From: a virus
IMG/VR virus record: IMGVR_UViG_3300045988_075126
Location: 32,001-96,000 of that record
Strand: one strand, 5' to 3'
Length of the DNA stretch: 64,000 bases
The notes under the pieces were generated by a model. The model was given only the letters and a program-made list of their open reading frames with translations. It had not been told where the DNA came from and did no database searches. Below, piece by piece: positions 1 to 8,506 of this stretch. The first letter of the stretch is position 1; each line of letters opens with the position of its first letter. Made by a program: the position numbers and the translations under genes.

Positions 1-1
1 G

Positions 2-256
2 GTTGCATTCCGATACAATGCCGACAACAAGGATAGCATCGGTTGGATTGCCCAAAGGGTTCTTCACAACACCTTCATGCAAGACCTTGTGGAGAAAGAC
101 GACAAGGGCTTCCTCAAAATCAACTATTGGTCTCCAAAGCTGATTGCCGTTGCCTTTGGTGCTATCGAGCAAGTTGACGATGAGGTGAGCCGCTTGAAGC
201 GAAGAGTGAGAGACTTGGAAAACGAAGTTGAACAATTAAAAAGTGATAGATTATGA
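2..256 (+). CDS. tail fibre/spike protein, C-terminal fragment (gene starts upstream of window)
   Basis: Frame open from the window edge to TGA 254-256, overlapping the next ATG (ATGA). The tail ...KINYWSPKLIAVAFGAIEQVDDEVSRLKRRVRDLENEVEQLKSDRL resembles the coiled-coil end of intramolecular-chaperone (peptidase S74-like) tail-fibre domains. Confidence 0.45.
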   Translation, partial: VAFRYNADNKDSIGWIAQRVLHNTFMQDLVEKDDKGFLKINYWSPKLIAVAFGAIEQVDDEVSRLKRRVRDLENEVEQLKSDRL

Positions 257-1335
257 GTTTGAACAATGGAATCATCAGTGCTCCAGTAAGCATAGATGAT
301 GTAAAAAGTGTACTTGGAGAGGGTAGCAATGACCTTGCCACATTGTGTAAGTCCACCAACATAAACATGTGGAGTAGGCATAAGCCTGTCATTCATCCGT
401 CTTTGTTTGACGAGAATGCAATAGTAGGTACTGATGGGAATTTTGGCTTTAACATACCAAAGTTTACGTCAGTTAAGGCTTTGTATGAGAATTACATGAA
501 GTACGCAAATGAAGATGGGCTTTATCCTGGCGATGAGGGTTGGAACATTCCTACAAATGGTGTAACTTACGTTCATCCAACAGGTGGCAGTAGCTCACCT
601 TATAGGCTTGGTGACTTTAAGAGTTACGATAAAAATGCTACTTGCTTGATGCACGACTTTGACATAAATACCTACACGGATGAGGAATTATCGTTTATCA
701 TTAGTATTGACAAAGATTCAGGTGGAACTCAAATTCCATTTAGGGATATTGCTACTTATAAGAATTGCTACTTTGGTGTGGCTTTTCTTAGAGACGACAG
801 CTTGGCTATCCATAGCATCCTTACATCCAACAACAAGAATGATAATTTTCTAAAGACAACATTTGTGTATCAGAATCTTGTCAATTTGTTGTATATCGCA
901 GTTCCATTTATGTCTCCGATACCCCATTTGAAGAATGCTCCAAATTTGGAAACGTCAGACAGCATCGAATGTTATCCTATCGTTGGGGTTTCTCCTATTC
1001 TGTTCTATGGCAAGAACGATACTGGTGACTATAGCAAGTATATGTACTTCGTATATCCAGACCGAGACAGCAATGGTAACGAGTGTATAAGAATATATAA
1101 TAAAAGTACAGTTCTGAATGTCGGTTATGTTTTGTACTTGTTGTATGCTGATTCAAGTTATTATAACGGATATACATTAAAAGATGGAGAATATAGAGTT
1201 GATGCAGGATATATAAGCGCAAAAAGCAATGTGGTGACGTACCTTAACAATGATTGGCTGATAAAGGGGAAATCTTATAAGCTGGTTCTCTATAGTACAA
1301 ATAACAACAAGATAGCACAAGAAATGGAGTTGTAA
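253..1335 (+). CDS. hypothetical virion protein (possible tail-fibre partner / receptor-binding)
   Basis: 360-aa ORF, translationally coupled (ATGA) to the tail-fibre-like gene. N/Y/G/S/T-rich composition. No catalytic motif seen. Confidence 0.6.
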   Translation: MSLNNGIISAPVSIDDVKSVLGEGSNDLATLCKSTNINMWSRHKPVIHPSLFDENAIVGTDGNFGFNIPKFTSVKALYENYMKYANEDGLYPGDEGWNIPTNGVTYVHPTGGSSSPYRLGDFKSYDKNATCLMHDFDINTYTDEELSFIISIDKDSGGTQIPFRDIATYKNCYFGVAFLRDDSLAIHSILTSNNKNDNFLKTTFVYQNLVNLLYIAVPFMSPIPHLKNAPNLETSDSIECYPIVGVSPILFYGKNDTGDYSKYMYFVYPDRDSNGNECIRIYNKSTVLNVGYVLYLLYADSSYYNGYTLKDGEYRVDAGYISAKSNVVTYLNNDWLIKGKSYKLVLYSTNNNKIAQEMEL

Positions 1336-1419
1336 CATCAATAATGTTAAAAATATAAAAACAACGGAAAATAACAATATAAAATTCTTTAATTATGGAA
1401 TATTTTTCTTATCTTTGCG

Positions 1420-1427
1420 CTGTTAAA
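1420..1427 (+). promoter_or_regulatory. Bacteroidota-type -7 promoter box (TATCTTTG)
   Basis: Exact TAnnTTTG match in an AT-rich intergenic region 72 nt upstream of ATG 1499. No clear -33 TTTG. Confidence 0.45.
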
Positions 1428-1498
1428 TAGATTATTATTCTGCTTTTATTTGCAAATAGAAGAATAAAATAGTTTAAACGTTTAAATTTTAAGGAATA

Positions 1499-1822
1499 AT
1501 GAAAGTAACATTTGGAAAGATGACAGAGTTCAAGCGAGAGGTTGACATCGTGAACGATTCGACCAAGATGAAGGGCAATGTTGCCGTCAGTGACGGAAGC
1601 ATTGTAAGTGTTGACAACGGTGTTGTGTTGGACGGCGACGGCAACCAGATTGCCACGTTCAGCCAGTATTCCACGGACAACTTGAACGTGAACTACAACA
1701 CCTCAGACTTGCAGAAGATGATTGATGCCGTGACAAGCATCAACGAATTTGCTTCCTACATCAAGGAGCACGTCGATGAGTTGTCGGATGGCATCGTTTC
1801 CTCTGACACCACAGAGGAATAA
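1499..1822 (+). CDS. hypothetical protein
   Basis: ORF track, 107 aa, ATG start, downstream of a promoter-like box. No motif recognised. Confidence 0.6.
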   Translation: MKVTFGKMTEFKREVDIVNDSTKMKGNVAVSDGSIVSVDNGVVLDGDGNQIATFSQYSTDNLNVNYNTSDLQKMIDAVTSINEFASYIKEHVDELSDGIVSSDTTEE

Positions 1823-1837
1823 CAATTAGCTTGGTTG

Positions 1838-1876
1838 GTGGGTACGAGGGCGGCAGTCGGTAGTGCCCACTTTCCA
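1838..1876 (+). terminator. putative intrinsic terminator
   Basis: GC-rich hairpin GTGGGTAC(1838-1845)/GTGCCCAC(1863-1870) just after stop 1822, followed by TTTCC. Confidence 0.4.
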
Positions 1877-1932
1877 ACTGAGCGAACTAACATACATTAT
1901 TTATTAATTAATTATAATAAACCAAGTTAATT

Positions 1933-2397
1933 ATGAAGAAGATTAAGACAATCGAGGCGGTCTACGCCTACAAGACATTGAAGGGCTTCAAGACAAGCTC
2001 TTTGAGTGAGGAAACCATGTTGGCGGTATGGAAGAACATGAAGGCTCTCCGTTCCATCGCCGACACCTTCGACAAGGACAAGGAGGAGGCTCAGGAGTCC
2101 TTGAAGGATGACAAGTTCGAGGAAATGCAAGGCAAGCTCAAAACCGCACAGGAGAACGAGCGCAAGATGAAGGAGGAGGGCTACACCTACACCAAGGAGG
2201 ACACAGACCTCTTGCAAGAGGTGAACGCCTACTTCGCTGGCTTCAGCAAGAAGACCATGGAATACTTCAACGAACTCGCCGACAAGGAGGTCGAGGTGGA
2301 AATCACCGAGGTCGAGGAAGCCGAGCTGCTTAAGGCTATCAAGGCTTGCGAGAAGAGCTTTGACGATATGGAGATGCTCGCTTGCATCTGCAAGTAA
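1933..2397 (+). CDS. hypothetical acidic coiled-coil protein
   Basis: ORF track, 154 aa, E/K-rich. Antisense ORF 1927-2217 looks like a composition artefact. Confidence 0.65.
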   Translation: MKKIKTIEAVYAYKTLKGFKTSSLSEETMLAVWKNMKALRSIADTFDKDKEEAQESLKDDKFEEMQGKLKTAQENERKMKEEGYTYTKEDTDLLQEVNAYFAGFSKKTMEYFNELADKEVEVEITEVEEAELLKAIKACEKSFDDMEMLACICK

Positions 2398-2579
2398 TAT
2401 TTAACAGGATAAGGATGTTCTTTATATGGGCGGCTGATTGTTTCGGTCGCCCATCCTTTTTACTTACAATCTGTAATTTACCCCCCATTTTTGAATGGCA
2501 AATCTTACAGATTGGTATTTTTGCAAAGTTTAACTCTGAAAAGTTGTGCAAAATGAATGTTTTTTTGTGCAGAATTGTT

Positions 2580-2587
2580 TATTTTTG
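2580..2587 (+). promoter_or_regulatory. Bacteroidota-type -7 box (TATTTTTG)
   Basis: TAnnTTTG match 76 nt upstream of ATG 2664. Confidence 0.35.
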
Positions 2588-2663
2588 CAGCACGTTCCTT
2601 ATTATTAAGAATGAGGAACTAAGAATAAATAATAAACACCAAAAACAAAAAGGAGAAGAATTT

Positions 2664-3215
2664 ATGACTAAAGAGGAAGAAGATGAAGTCCATCGGTTAG
2701 TTCAATCAGTCGGTGTTGTACAGTTGTCAAGAGTAATGTTTAAGGGTATGGACGTTAGCGAAATGATTAACGTAATTATCCTTGCAGGTAGAGGCTACAG
2801 CGTGAAGCTACTCACTTGGTTCAAGTATTATTGTGAAGTGATGCCTCTGTTTATCATGCTTTTTCATATTGCATGCATGGTAACATTTGCGTCTCATGAA
2901 AAAGAAATGTGCATATGGTTTAAGGAGAATTGGGTATCGGCAGCATTTATCTATTTTTCAGTTTACATCCATCCGCTTGTGCTTATAATTGCGAGCAGAT
3001 TCTTTTGGCTCTGCTACAGATGGCGTATTCCGATGATTATATACCTATTTGGGATAAATGCTATTCATATCGTATACTGGAATGTTTTTACCACCAACGA
3101 AATGGTGGAAGCTAATGTTGTAATACTTGTAATGACTATTATATTTTATGTATATGGTTTTGCCGATAAGTATTTCTCAGGCAAGGGCTGTCAAAGTTTA
3201 ATCTCTAGATTATAA
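2664..3215 (+). CDS. multi-pass membrane protein
   Basis: First ATG inside ORF 2382-3215 (the track start is TTG and runs through the promoter region). Several long hydrophobic segments (LFIMLFHIACMV, AAFIYFSVYIHPLVLIIA, VVILVMTIIFYVYGF). Confidence 0.55.
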   Translation: MTKEEEDEVHRLVQSVGVVQLSRVMFKGMDVSEMINVIILAGRGYSVKLLTWFKYYCEVMPLFIMLFHIACMVTFASHEKEMCIWFKENWVSAAFIYFSVYIHPLVLIIASRFFWLCYRWRIPMIIYLFGINAIHIVYWNVFTTNEMVEANVVILVMTIIFYVYGFADKYFSGKGCQSLISRL

Positions 3216-3219
3216 TGAT

Positions 3220-3564
3220 ATGGGAAAGTTATTTGGTTATCACACCTTGGGAGTGTTATTAAAATCGTTGTCTGACTCTTGCTTTCGAGCAGACGAGCAA
3301 GAGAAGAGAGGGGAGAAGGTAACTGCTTGCGGAATGAGTAGCGATGAGATAGAAGACCTTTGTGAGAACTATCTGCCGTATGCTCTCAACCCGATGCTGA
3401 GCACGGAGGAGGTCAAGGAGAAGCTGCATGTTTCTGATGCTACCCTTAACAGAATGGTGGCTAGGGGCGATTTGCCCAATGGCGAGTGTAAGAAGCGTGG
3501 GCACACCCGATATTGGAAGAAGTGGGATATTCTGCACTTCATTAAGAGTAAGAGAGGTAAGTGA
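3220..3564 (+). CDS. small DNA-binding protein (excisionase/MerR-type HTH)
   Basis: C-terminal segment LHVSDATLNRMVARGDLP...RYWKKWDILHF looks like an HTH_17/Xis-type helix-turn-helix. True start may be the internal ATG (MSSDEIEDL). Confidence 0.5.
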   Translation: MGKLFGYHTLGVLLKSLSDSCFRADEQEKRGEKVTACGMSSDEIEDLCENYLPYALNPMLSTEEVKEKLHVSDATLNRMVARGDLPNGECKKRGHTRYWKKWDILHFIKSKRGK

Positions 3565-3581
3565 TTGCCTCTCTTTTTTAT
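3551..3581 (+). terminator. intrinsic terminator
   Basis: AGAGAGG(3551-3557)/CCTCTCT(3568-3574) hairpin followed by TTTTTTATT, between convergent genes. Confidence 0.5.
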
Positions 3582-3586
3582 TGTTT

Positions 3587-4096
3587 TCATATTTTCAAGA
3601 AGTCTTCTACATCAATGTACTCAATTCCGAAATTCTCCGCACATTGTTTGTCGGAGTCTGAGAAGTCACCTTCTTTTCCACTAGCATCACCTATCATCAG
3701 CAGCTCACTCTTTTTCCAAGAAGAATACGACTCAAGCATTCCTGTATTTGGCTTTCTCATGCAAATCTCTGCATTTGATGGGCAATACATGGAGTTGACA
3801 AAGATGTTGCGTCCAGTATGATGGCGAAGATATTTTTGCATAAAGCTTTCAATAGCCTTAATCTTTCCGATAAATTCCTGTTCATCAACGAATTGAGGTA
3901 TGCCACCTTGGTTTGAGACTATTTCCACATAGTAAAGAGTAGGGAATGCTTCTACTATCTTATCCAAAACCTCTTTGCGGATTTTGAAATCTGTTACATC
4001 TGTAGGAAAGGTGTTTCCTGAAATAGTCTTGATTATAGTATCGTCTAAATCAATAAATAGTACTTTTTTCTTGATTGAATATCCTTTTTCTATCAT
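3587..4096 (-). CDS. HAD-IIIA family phosphatase (polynucleotide 3'-phosphatase / GmhB-like)
   Basis: HAD motifs in order: FIDLDDTI (DxDxT), SNQGGI, RKPNTGM, GDASGK..DSD. Confidence 0.75.
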   Translation of the reverse strand: MIEKGYSIKKKVLFIDLDDTIIKTISGNTFPTDVTDFKIRKEVLDKIVEAFPTLYYVEIVSNQGGIPQFVDEQEFIGKIKAIESFMQKYLRHHTGRNIFVNSMYCPSNAEICMRKPNTGMLESYSSWKKSELLMIGDASGKEGDFSDSDKQCAENFGIEYIDVEDFLKI

Positions 4097-4154
4097 ATTT
4101 TTGCTTATCCTTTATATTAATGTCATTACCTAAAAAAATGAAGTTTATAAAACA

Positions 4155-4197
4155 CAGTTGTTTTGGTGTGTCTCACCTTTTTAACAATGCAAAGATA
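4155..4197 (-). promoter_or_regulatory. promoter -7 box plus conserved leader hairpin motif (minus strand)
   Basis: Minus strand reads TATCTTTG (4197-4190), then GGTGAGACACACCAAAACAACTG (4177-4155). Upstream of the HAD phosphatase gene. Confidence 0.55.
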
Positions 4198-4245
4198 CGA
4201 CAAAACGGATATTCTTGCAAATAAATTAATGCAAATTTTGAATCG

Positions 4246-4590
4246 TTATCTGTTTTTAAAGAAATCATTAATAATTCTCGCAATAGCTTCTTGTTTGATG
4301 ATGATAGGGGCATCACCTTGATATTCTATCACTTGGCAACCGCATTCCTTCCAAAATAGAGTGCTATTTATGCGTTCTCCATCTACCAAGATCCAATCCG
4401 GATGATGTTCAAACGAATGCATCTTAGTTAGCGGAACGAGAATGAATAATTTATTCTCCATCTTGTTTACGAGTAACGACAAGTCATTATCATCAAATGT
4501 AATGATAACTCGATTTTCATTCTCAGATAGAACGTTAAAATCCTCATTAAAACGTTCATAAAGGTAATTTTTGATTTTCGAACAACTCAT
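4246..4590 (-). CDS. hypothetical protein (paralog family with 35772-36080 and 49581-49880)
   Basis: 114 aa. Shares the core LxVPLTKxHxF...VDGxRIxSxxFxK...Q with the two other ORFs. Confidence 0.65.
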   Translation of the reverse strand: MSCSKIKNYLYERFNEDFNVLSENENRVIITFDDNDLSLLVNKMENKLFILVPLTKMHSFEHHPDWILVDGERINSTLFWKECGCQVIEYQGDAPIIIKQEAIARIINDFFKNR

Positions 4591-4666
4591 ATTCTTGTAA
4601 TTTTATAGGAGGGCAGATGGAAAAATCCAAGGTCTGCCCGCCAAGTTAAACTTATAAGGAAATCTT

Positions 4667-5035
4667 CTATAATATCGACTGACAAAGCCATCCCATAAGA
4701 TAGCATGGTTCTTCGCCTTGCATATCTATTCCCAGATGGTTGCATATATGTGCTACTACATGAAACATTTCATGTGTGAGACTATTTATATACTCACCTT
4801 CAGAAGTAGACTTGCAAATGAGCACAACACTTGTTTTCTTTGAAACATTTGTGTATGTCAATCCTTTGTTTGAAGAATCGGTTGAAATGTGGTCGTATGC
4901 ATCCAATAATGGTTGCCCCTTACAATCAATGGAACTTAGTAAGTCCATAGCTTCGTCAACCTCTTCTTGATTAGCTACATGACATACAATCACATTCCAA
5001 TCGTATTTCTCCAAGTAAATTTCTTGTTTAATCAT
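4667..5035 (-). CDS. putative small HExxH metallopeptidase-like protein
   Basis: 122 aa with LTHEMFHVVAH (HExxH). No other motif recognised. Confidence 0.5.
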   Translation of the reverse strand: MIKQEIYLEKYDWNVIVCHVANQEEVDEAMDLLSSIDCKGQPLLDAYDHISTDSSNKGLTYTNVSKKTSVVLICKSTSEGEYINSLTHEMFHVVAHICNHLGIDMQGEEPCYLMGWLCQSIL

Positions 5036-5460
5036 AATACATCATCCCATGGAATGCCGATACCATTATGGTTGCAATCGGCATAAAATCTATTAAAAAT
5101 AAATCCGTCCGCTTGGTCTGGGTCATCCACCATATCCTTAATGAATTGAGCCAAAGCAGCTTCGTCCTTTAAAGAGGACTTAAAGAAATCGGCTCTAGCC
5201 ATGTTTGCGACATAGACGAAATCGTAATTGTCGGCATTCTCTAACTTTACGTTGTTGACTTTAAGAAGTTCCTCGACTGTATCTTTTTCTGTCGGTTCAA
5301 CTTTTTCGAGCTTACCAGTCGTTGCGTTTGTCTTGCGCATTAAGGTAATAGCCCAATCACACATCTTTTTATTGAAGTGCCAGCCATTGTAGCGAAGGTA
5401 TGCAATCATCCCTTCAGGCTTCATATCGTATGCGTCAAGTGGTATTTTGTATCTTCCCAT
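5032..5460 (-). CDS. hypothetical protein
   Basis: ORF track, 142 aa, 4-nt overlap with the downstream gene. Confidence 0.65.
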   Translation of the reverse strand: MGRYKIPLDAYDMKPEGMIAYLRYNGWHFNKKMCDWAITLMRKTNATTGKLEKVEPTEKDTVEELLKVNNVKLENADNYDFVYVANMARADFFKSSLKDEAALAQFIKDMVDDPDQADGFIFNRFYADCNHNGIGIPWDDVL

Positions 5461-5512
5461 AATAAAAGCTTTTAAAGGAGGTGGAGATTTCTCCCCACCT
5501 CAAAGTGTAATA

Positions 5513-5752
5513 CTAATAGCGATAACCGCCACCTCTGCGACCACCATGTCTTTCACCATAGCGGTCATCATCGTCATCATCCCAATTGTCTCGGTAATCC
5601 GGCATTGGGCTTCTGTGACCCATTCGTCCATACTTGTCATCCCCCATTTCATCAATGCAGTGCATGAGTTTACCACCATACTTAAGCATCTTCTCTACAA
5701 GTTCCGACATTTCATTTACCTTGTTTTCGGTAATTTCTATCATGTATCCCAT
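5513..5752 (-). CDS. small acidic protein with RGG/Y-rich tail
   Basis: 79 aa ending DDDDDDRYGERHGGRRGGGYRY. Last gene of a 4-gene minus-strand operon. Confidence 0.5.
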   Translation of the reverse strand: MGYMIEITENKVNEMSELVEKMLKYGGKLMHCIDEMGDDKYGRMGHRSPMPDYRDNWDDDDDDRYGERHGGRRGGGYRY

Positions 5753-5758
5753 AATGAT

Positions 5759-6277
5759 TTACTTTTTTGTATTAACTTTTTCCAAAGCCACTGACAACAT
5801 AGACTTAATATCGGTCAAAGTTCCCTTCATTCCGCTAACCTCGCTTTTGAGGTTATTGATGTCTTCTTCCTGTTGTCTGTCTTTGGCTATTTGTGGATTC
5901 AATACGGCACGCATCTTTGCGCACTCTTCCATAACCTTTTTGTGGTATGGCTCGCTTTCCACAATTTCCTTAGAATGCCGATACATAGCTTCAACTTCCG
6001 CATCCATAGCTTCACGGCTTTCAGAAACCACGAGGTTTTCCGAATTTGCAATTTGCATATTGGATGGGAGTTGTTTGAACTCCATTTGTTCATTAGGCAA
6101 TTTTACGACAACATCAACGGTAGTCTCCATTGGTTGTGGGTTGAATTGCCCAGGAGTATATGTCGGGAACTTAGGTTGTGGGTTACTGACCGACACAACC
6201 TGTCCGATTTTAAGACTTGGGTTTTCACCCTTGTCAAGCACATAGAATATGCTGTTAGGTCGAAGTCCTTGAAACAT
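5759..6277 (-). CDS. hypothetical coiled-coil protein
   Basis: ORF track, 172 aa. Overlapping + strand ORFs (5634-6245, 5873-6331) judged spurious. Confidence 0.6.
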   Translation of the reverse strand: MFQGLRPNSIFYVLDKGENPSLKIGQVVSVSNPQPKFPTYTPGQFNPQPMETTVDVVVKLPNEQMEFKQLPSNMQIANSENLVVSESREAMDAEVEAMYRHSKEIVESEPYHKKVMEECAKMRAVLNPQIAKDRQQEEDINNLKSEVSGMKGTLTDIKSMLSVALEKVNTKK

Positions 6278-6296
6278 AGCTTTGTAATGTTAATTG

Positions 6297-6641
6297 TTAA
6301 ACAATACCCGTCATTAGCTGAAGGGTGTTAGTATCTCGCTCGAACCAAAACTGATAAACTCCAGTTCCTGCAATGTCGGCTACCGTCAAAGGATTGCCGT
6401 TGAACTTAGTTACAGCTTGGGTTACGCCATTGGTCTCGAAAAGGATTGGCAGCGTATTTGTCGTACCTGTCGGAATGGCTTGATGTAGGTTCACAAAGAT
6501 AGTTCCCCTATAGTTAGCATTCACGAAGGCGTGGTTTCTGAACGAGAAAATGACATTTTCGGTGTTCACCACCACGCCTGTAGATGCGATAGCTGCCGAG
6601 CCGTTACGATTAACCCATGCAAAAGGTCTCATCCATAACAT
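6297..6641 (-). CDS. hypothetical beta-rich protein
   Basis: ORF track, 114 aa, N/T/V/G-rich. Operon position between 6660-7646 and 5759-6277. Confidence 0.55.
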   Translation of the reverse strand: MLWMRPFAWVNRNGSAAIASTGVVVNTENVIFSFRNHAFVNANYRGTIFVNLHQAIPTGTTNTLPILFETNGVTQAVTKFNGNPLTVADIAGTGVYQFWFERDTNTLQLMTGIV

Positions 6642-6659
6642 AGCAGCCTCCTTTCCTAA

Positions 6660-7646
6660 TTAACCCCAAAAGCTTGCATTGTTGACACCATTCAGACCAT
6701 ATAAGCCTGTTTGCCAAGCAACGCAATTTGGAACAGCAGTAAATGGACTGTAGCTGGTTGTAACAGTTGATGGAAGCTTACACTTGATACCATCTACCTC
6801 TTTTTGCAAGCCAGCCAACATAGCGTTGACAGGTGCTATAGCTTGACCTACAATCTGCGAAGTCATGGCAGAAGACTTATAAGTTCCATTCTCTTCACGA
6901 AGATGGTCTATCTTGTCCTGCATATCTCTGAGTTCTGCTTGGCGTTGGCCATTAACTACGGTCTGAGTACTATCTTTAATAGCATTCAAAATGTCGCATG
7001 TCTGACCCTTGGTTTCGAAAGCAACATTAGAAAAGCCTCGTTCCTGACTTACGGCTACATTGTTGATGGCATTCTGCAAAGTGCCAGTCTGCTGGCACAT
7101 AGCCAACTTGACGTTTCCGTCCATAGCCGTAATATTGTTATTTACACGGCAGCAGCAATCAGCGAGTTGTGATGCAATCTGCATGTTACCTTGCTGAAGA
7201 GCGTTGATGGTTTGCATTCCGCTCATGCCTACTTGGTTGCCCACGTTCTGAACTTGGGTTGTCAAGGCAGAGATTGCTTGTTGAATCTGTCCTTCAGTAC
7301 AATTGAGCTGAGTAGCGAGATTACTGAGTGCATTACGATTGCCACCGATAGCATCCATAAGCAAGGAACGACCATAGTCATTGTTGATTTCATTGGCAAG
7401 ACCTGCGCCATTACCACGACCACCAAAGCCGAAACCATTACCGCCCCAACCACAGAAGCAAAGGATAAAGAGCAGCCAAATGAACCAAGAACCATCGCCA
7501 TTGCCGAATCCGTTATTACCCTTCATCGCAAGAAGAACGTTTGGGTCAACGCCTCTCTGTTGGAGCAAAGGAGCTATCAAGCTCATCATTCCTCCATTGT
7601 TACCTGAACCCTCTGGATTAAAAACATAAGTTTTTGATGTCTCCAT
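6660..7646 (-). CDS. glycine-rich membrane protein with Q/N-rich coiled-coil and Cys-rich region
   Basis: 328 aa with GNG/GFG repeats flanking one TM helix (WFIWLLFILCFCGW), a CCC motif, and a long Q/N-rich helical region. Confidence 0.65.
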   Translation of the reverse strand: METSKTYVFNPEGSGNNGGMMSLIAPLLQQRGVDPNVLLAMKGNNGFGNGDGSWFIWLLFILCFCGWGGNGFGFGGRGNGAGLANEINNDYGRSLLMDAIGGNRNALSNLATQLNCTEGQIQQAISALTTQVQNVGNQVGMSGMQTINALQQGNMQIASQLADCCCRVNNNITAMDGNVKLAMCQQTGTLQNAINNVAVSQERGFSNVAFETKGQTCDILNAIKDSTQTVVNGQRQAELRDMQDKIDHLREENGTYKSSAMTSQIVGQAIAPVNAMLAGLQKEVDGIKCKLPSTVTTSYSPFTAVPNCVAWQTGLYGLNGVNNASFWG

Positions 7647-7705
7647 AAGAATAATCTTTTTGTGTTAAACCTTAATTAAACTAACTCTATGTAACGTTAC
7701 GGCTG

Positions 7706-7713
7706 CAAAGTTA
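7706..7713 (-). promoter_or_regulatory. Bacteroidota-type -7 box (TAACTTTG, minus strand)
   Basis: Reverse complement of CAAAGTTA, 60 nt upstream of start 7646. Confidence 0.4.
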
Positions 7714-7841
7714 CGAATAATAAGCAAAAGGTTTAACAACTCTATCAAACTTTCTTTTAATCGTTAATAATCAATAAGTTAAAGTGATAGGGGGTAATAT
7801 CATACTTTCGAATGCATGAAAATCAAAGGCTTGTTTGCAAA

Positions 7842-7887
7842 TTCCGTTTGCAGAAAACGAAAAATGCAAACGGAACTGCAAACGGAA
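7842..7887 (-). terminator. hairpin terminator after 7889-8506
   Basis: 12-bp perfect inverted repeat TTCCGTTTGCAG(7842-7853)/CTGCAAACGGAA(7876-7887), with a second nested copy of the arm, directly after the stop codon at 7889. Confidence 0.5.
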
Positions 7888-7888
7888 A

Positions 7889-8506
7889 TTAAGCACACAC
7901 AAACTTGAAACCAAATTTTTCAGTATAGTATTCCTCTTTAGGGTGTCTTTTTGTCTCGGAGTCATAGCAGAGAATAAACGGCTCACCCTTAGAGTAGAAA
8001 TAGTTATAAGATTTTCGCAAATACATCTTCGCATTCAAAGCCTTTGGGGAGAGTTTTCTTATTCTTAACCTTGTTTCTTGAGGCTTACCCGACAACACTC
8101 TAAGTTCGTCCATTTTGTATTGCATGTGAAGTTTTCTTCCTTTACTTGCATATCTTTCTTTATTCCAATAGTTTCTTAGAGACTTGTTTCGCTCTTTACG
8201 AATTCTATTTATCGTTTCTACATTGTGTTTTAAACCAAGCTTACTGACTTGTCCTAATATTGTAGATTGAGGAATATTCAACACTTCGGAAATTTCCCTT
8301 GCTGTCATCGTTTGGTACATGACGGAAATTTGGCTGATGGTTTCTTTACTCAACTTGTTGTCTATTTTTGTGCCACCTAAAATAGTGATATATTTATATA
8401 AGGTGTGTAGTGTAACACCAGCAGCCTTGGCTACTTTCTTTCGTGGGTAGTCATTGATGTGGACTTTAATATAGTCTATCTGTTCTTTTGTTAATCTTCT
8501 TGGCAT
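7889..8506 (-). CDS. double helix-turn-helix DNA-binding protein (paralog A)
   Basis: 205 aa. Two HTH-like units (KKVAKAAGVTLHTLYKYI; AREISEVLNIPQSTILGQVSKLG). Clear paralog of 8491-9132, including the C-terminal GEP..YD....H..EEYY..K.GF.F. Confidence 0.7.
   Translation of the reverse strand: MPRRLTKEQIDYIKVHINDYPRKKVAKAAGVTLHTLYKYITILGGTKIDNKLSKETISQISVMYQTMTAREISEVLNIPQSTILGQVSKLGLKHNVETINRIRKERNKSLRNYWNKERYASKGRKLHMQYKMDELRVLSGKPQETRLRIRKLSPKALNAKMYLRKSYNYFYSKGEPFILCYDSETKRHPKEEYYTEKFGFKFVCA

Noticed and set aside
2382-2663. N-terminal 94 codons of track ORF 2382-3215 (TTG start).
   Set aside because: This part overlaps the previous gene's stop and spans the AT-rich intergenic region and a promoter box. 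The ATG at 2664 is a more plausible start.
5447-6331. + strand ORFs 5447-5794, 5634-6245 and 5873-6331 (115-203 aa).
   Set aside because: They are antisense to a coherent minus-strand operon, with S/F/L/I-rich low-complexity translations.
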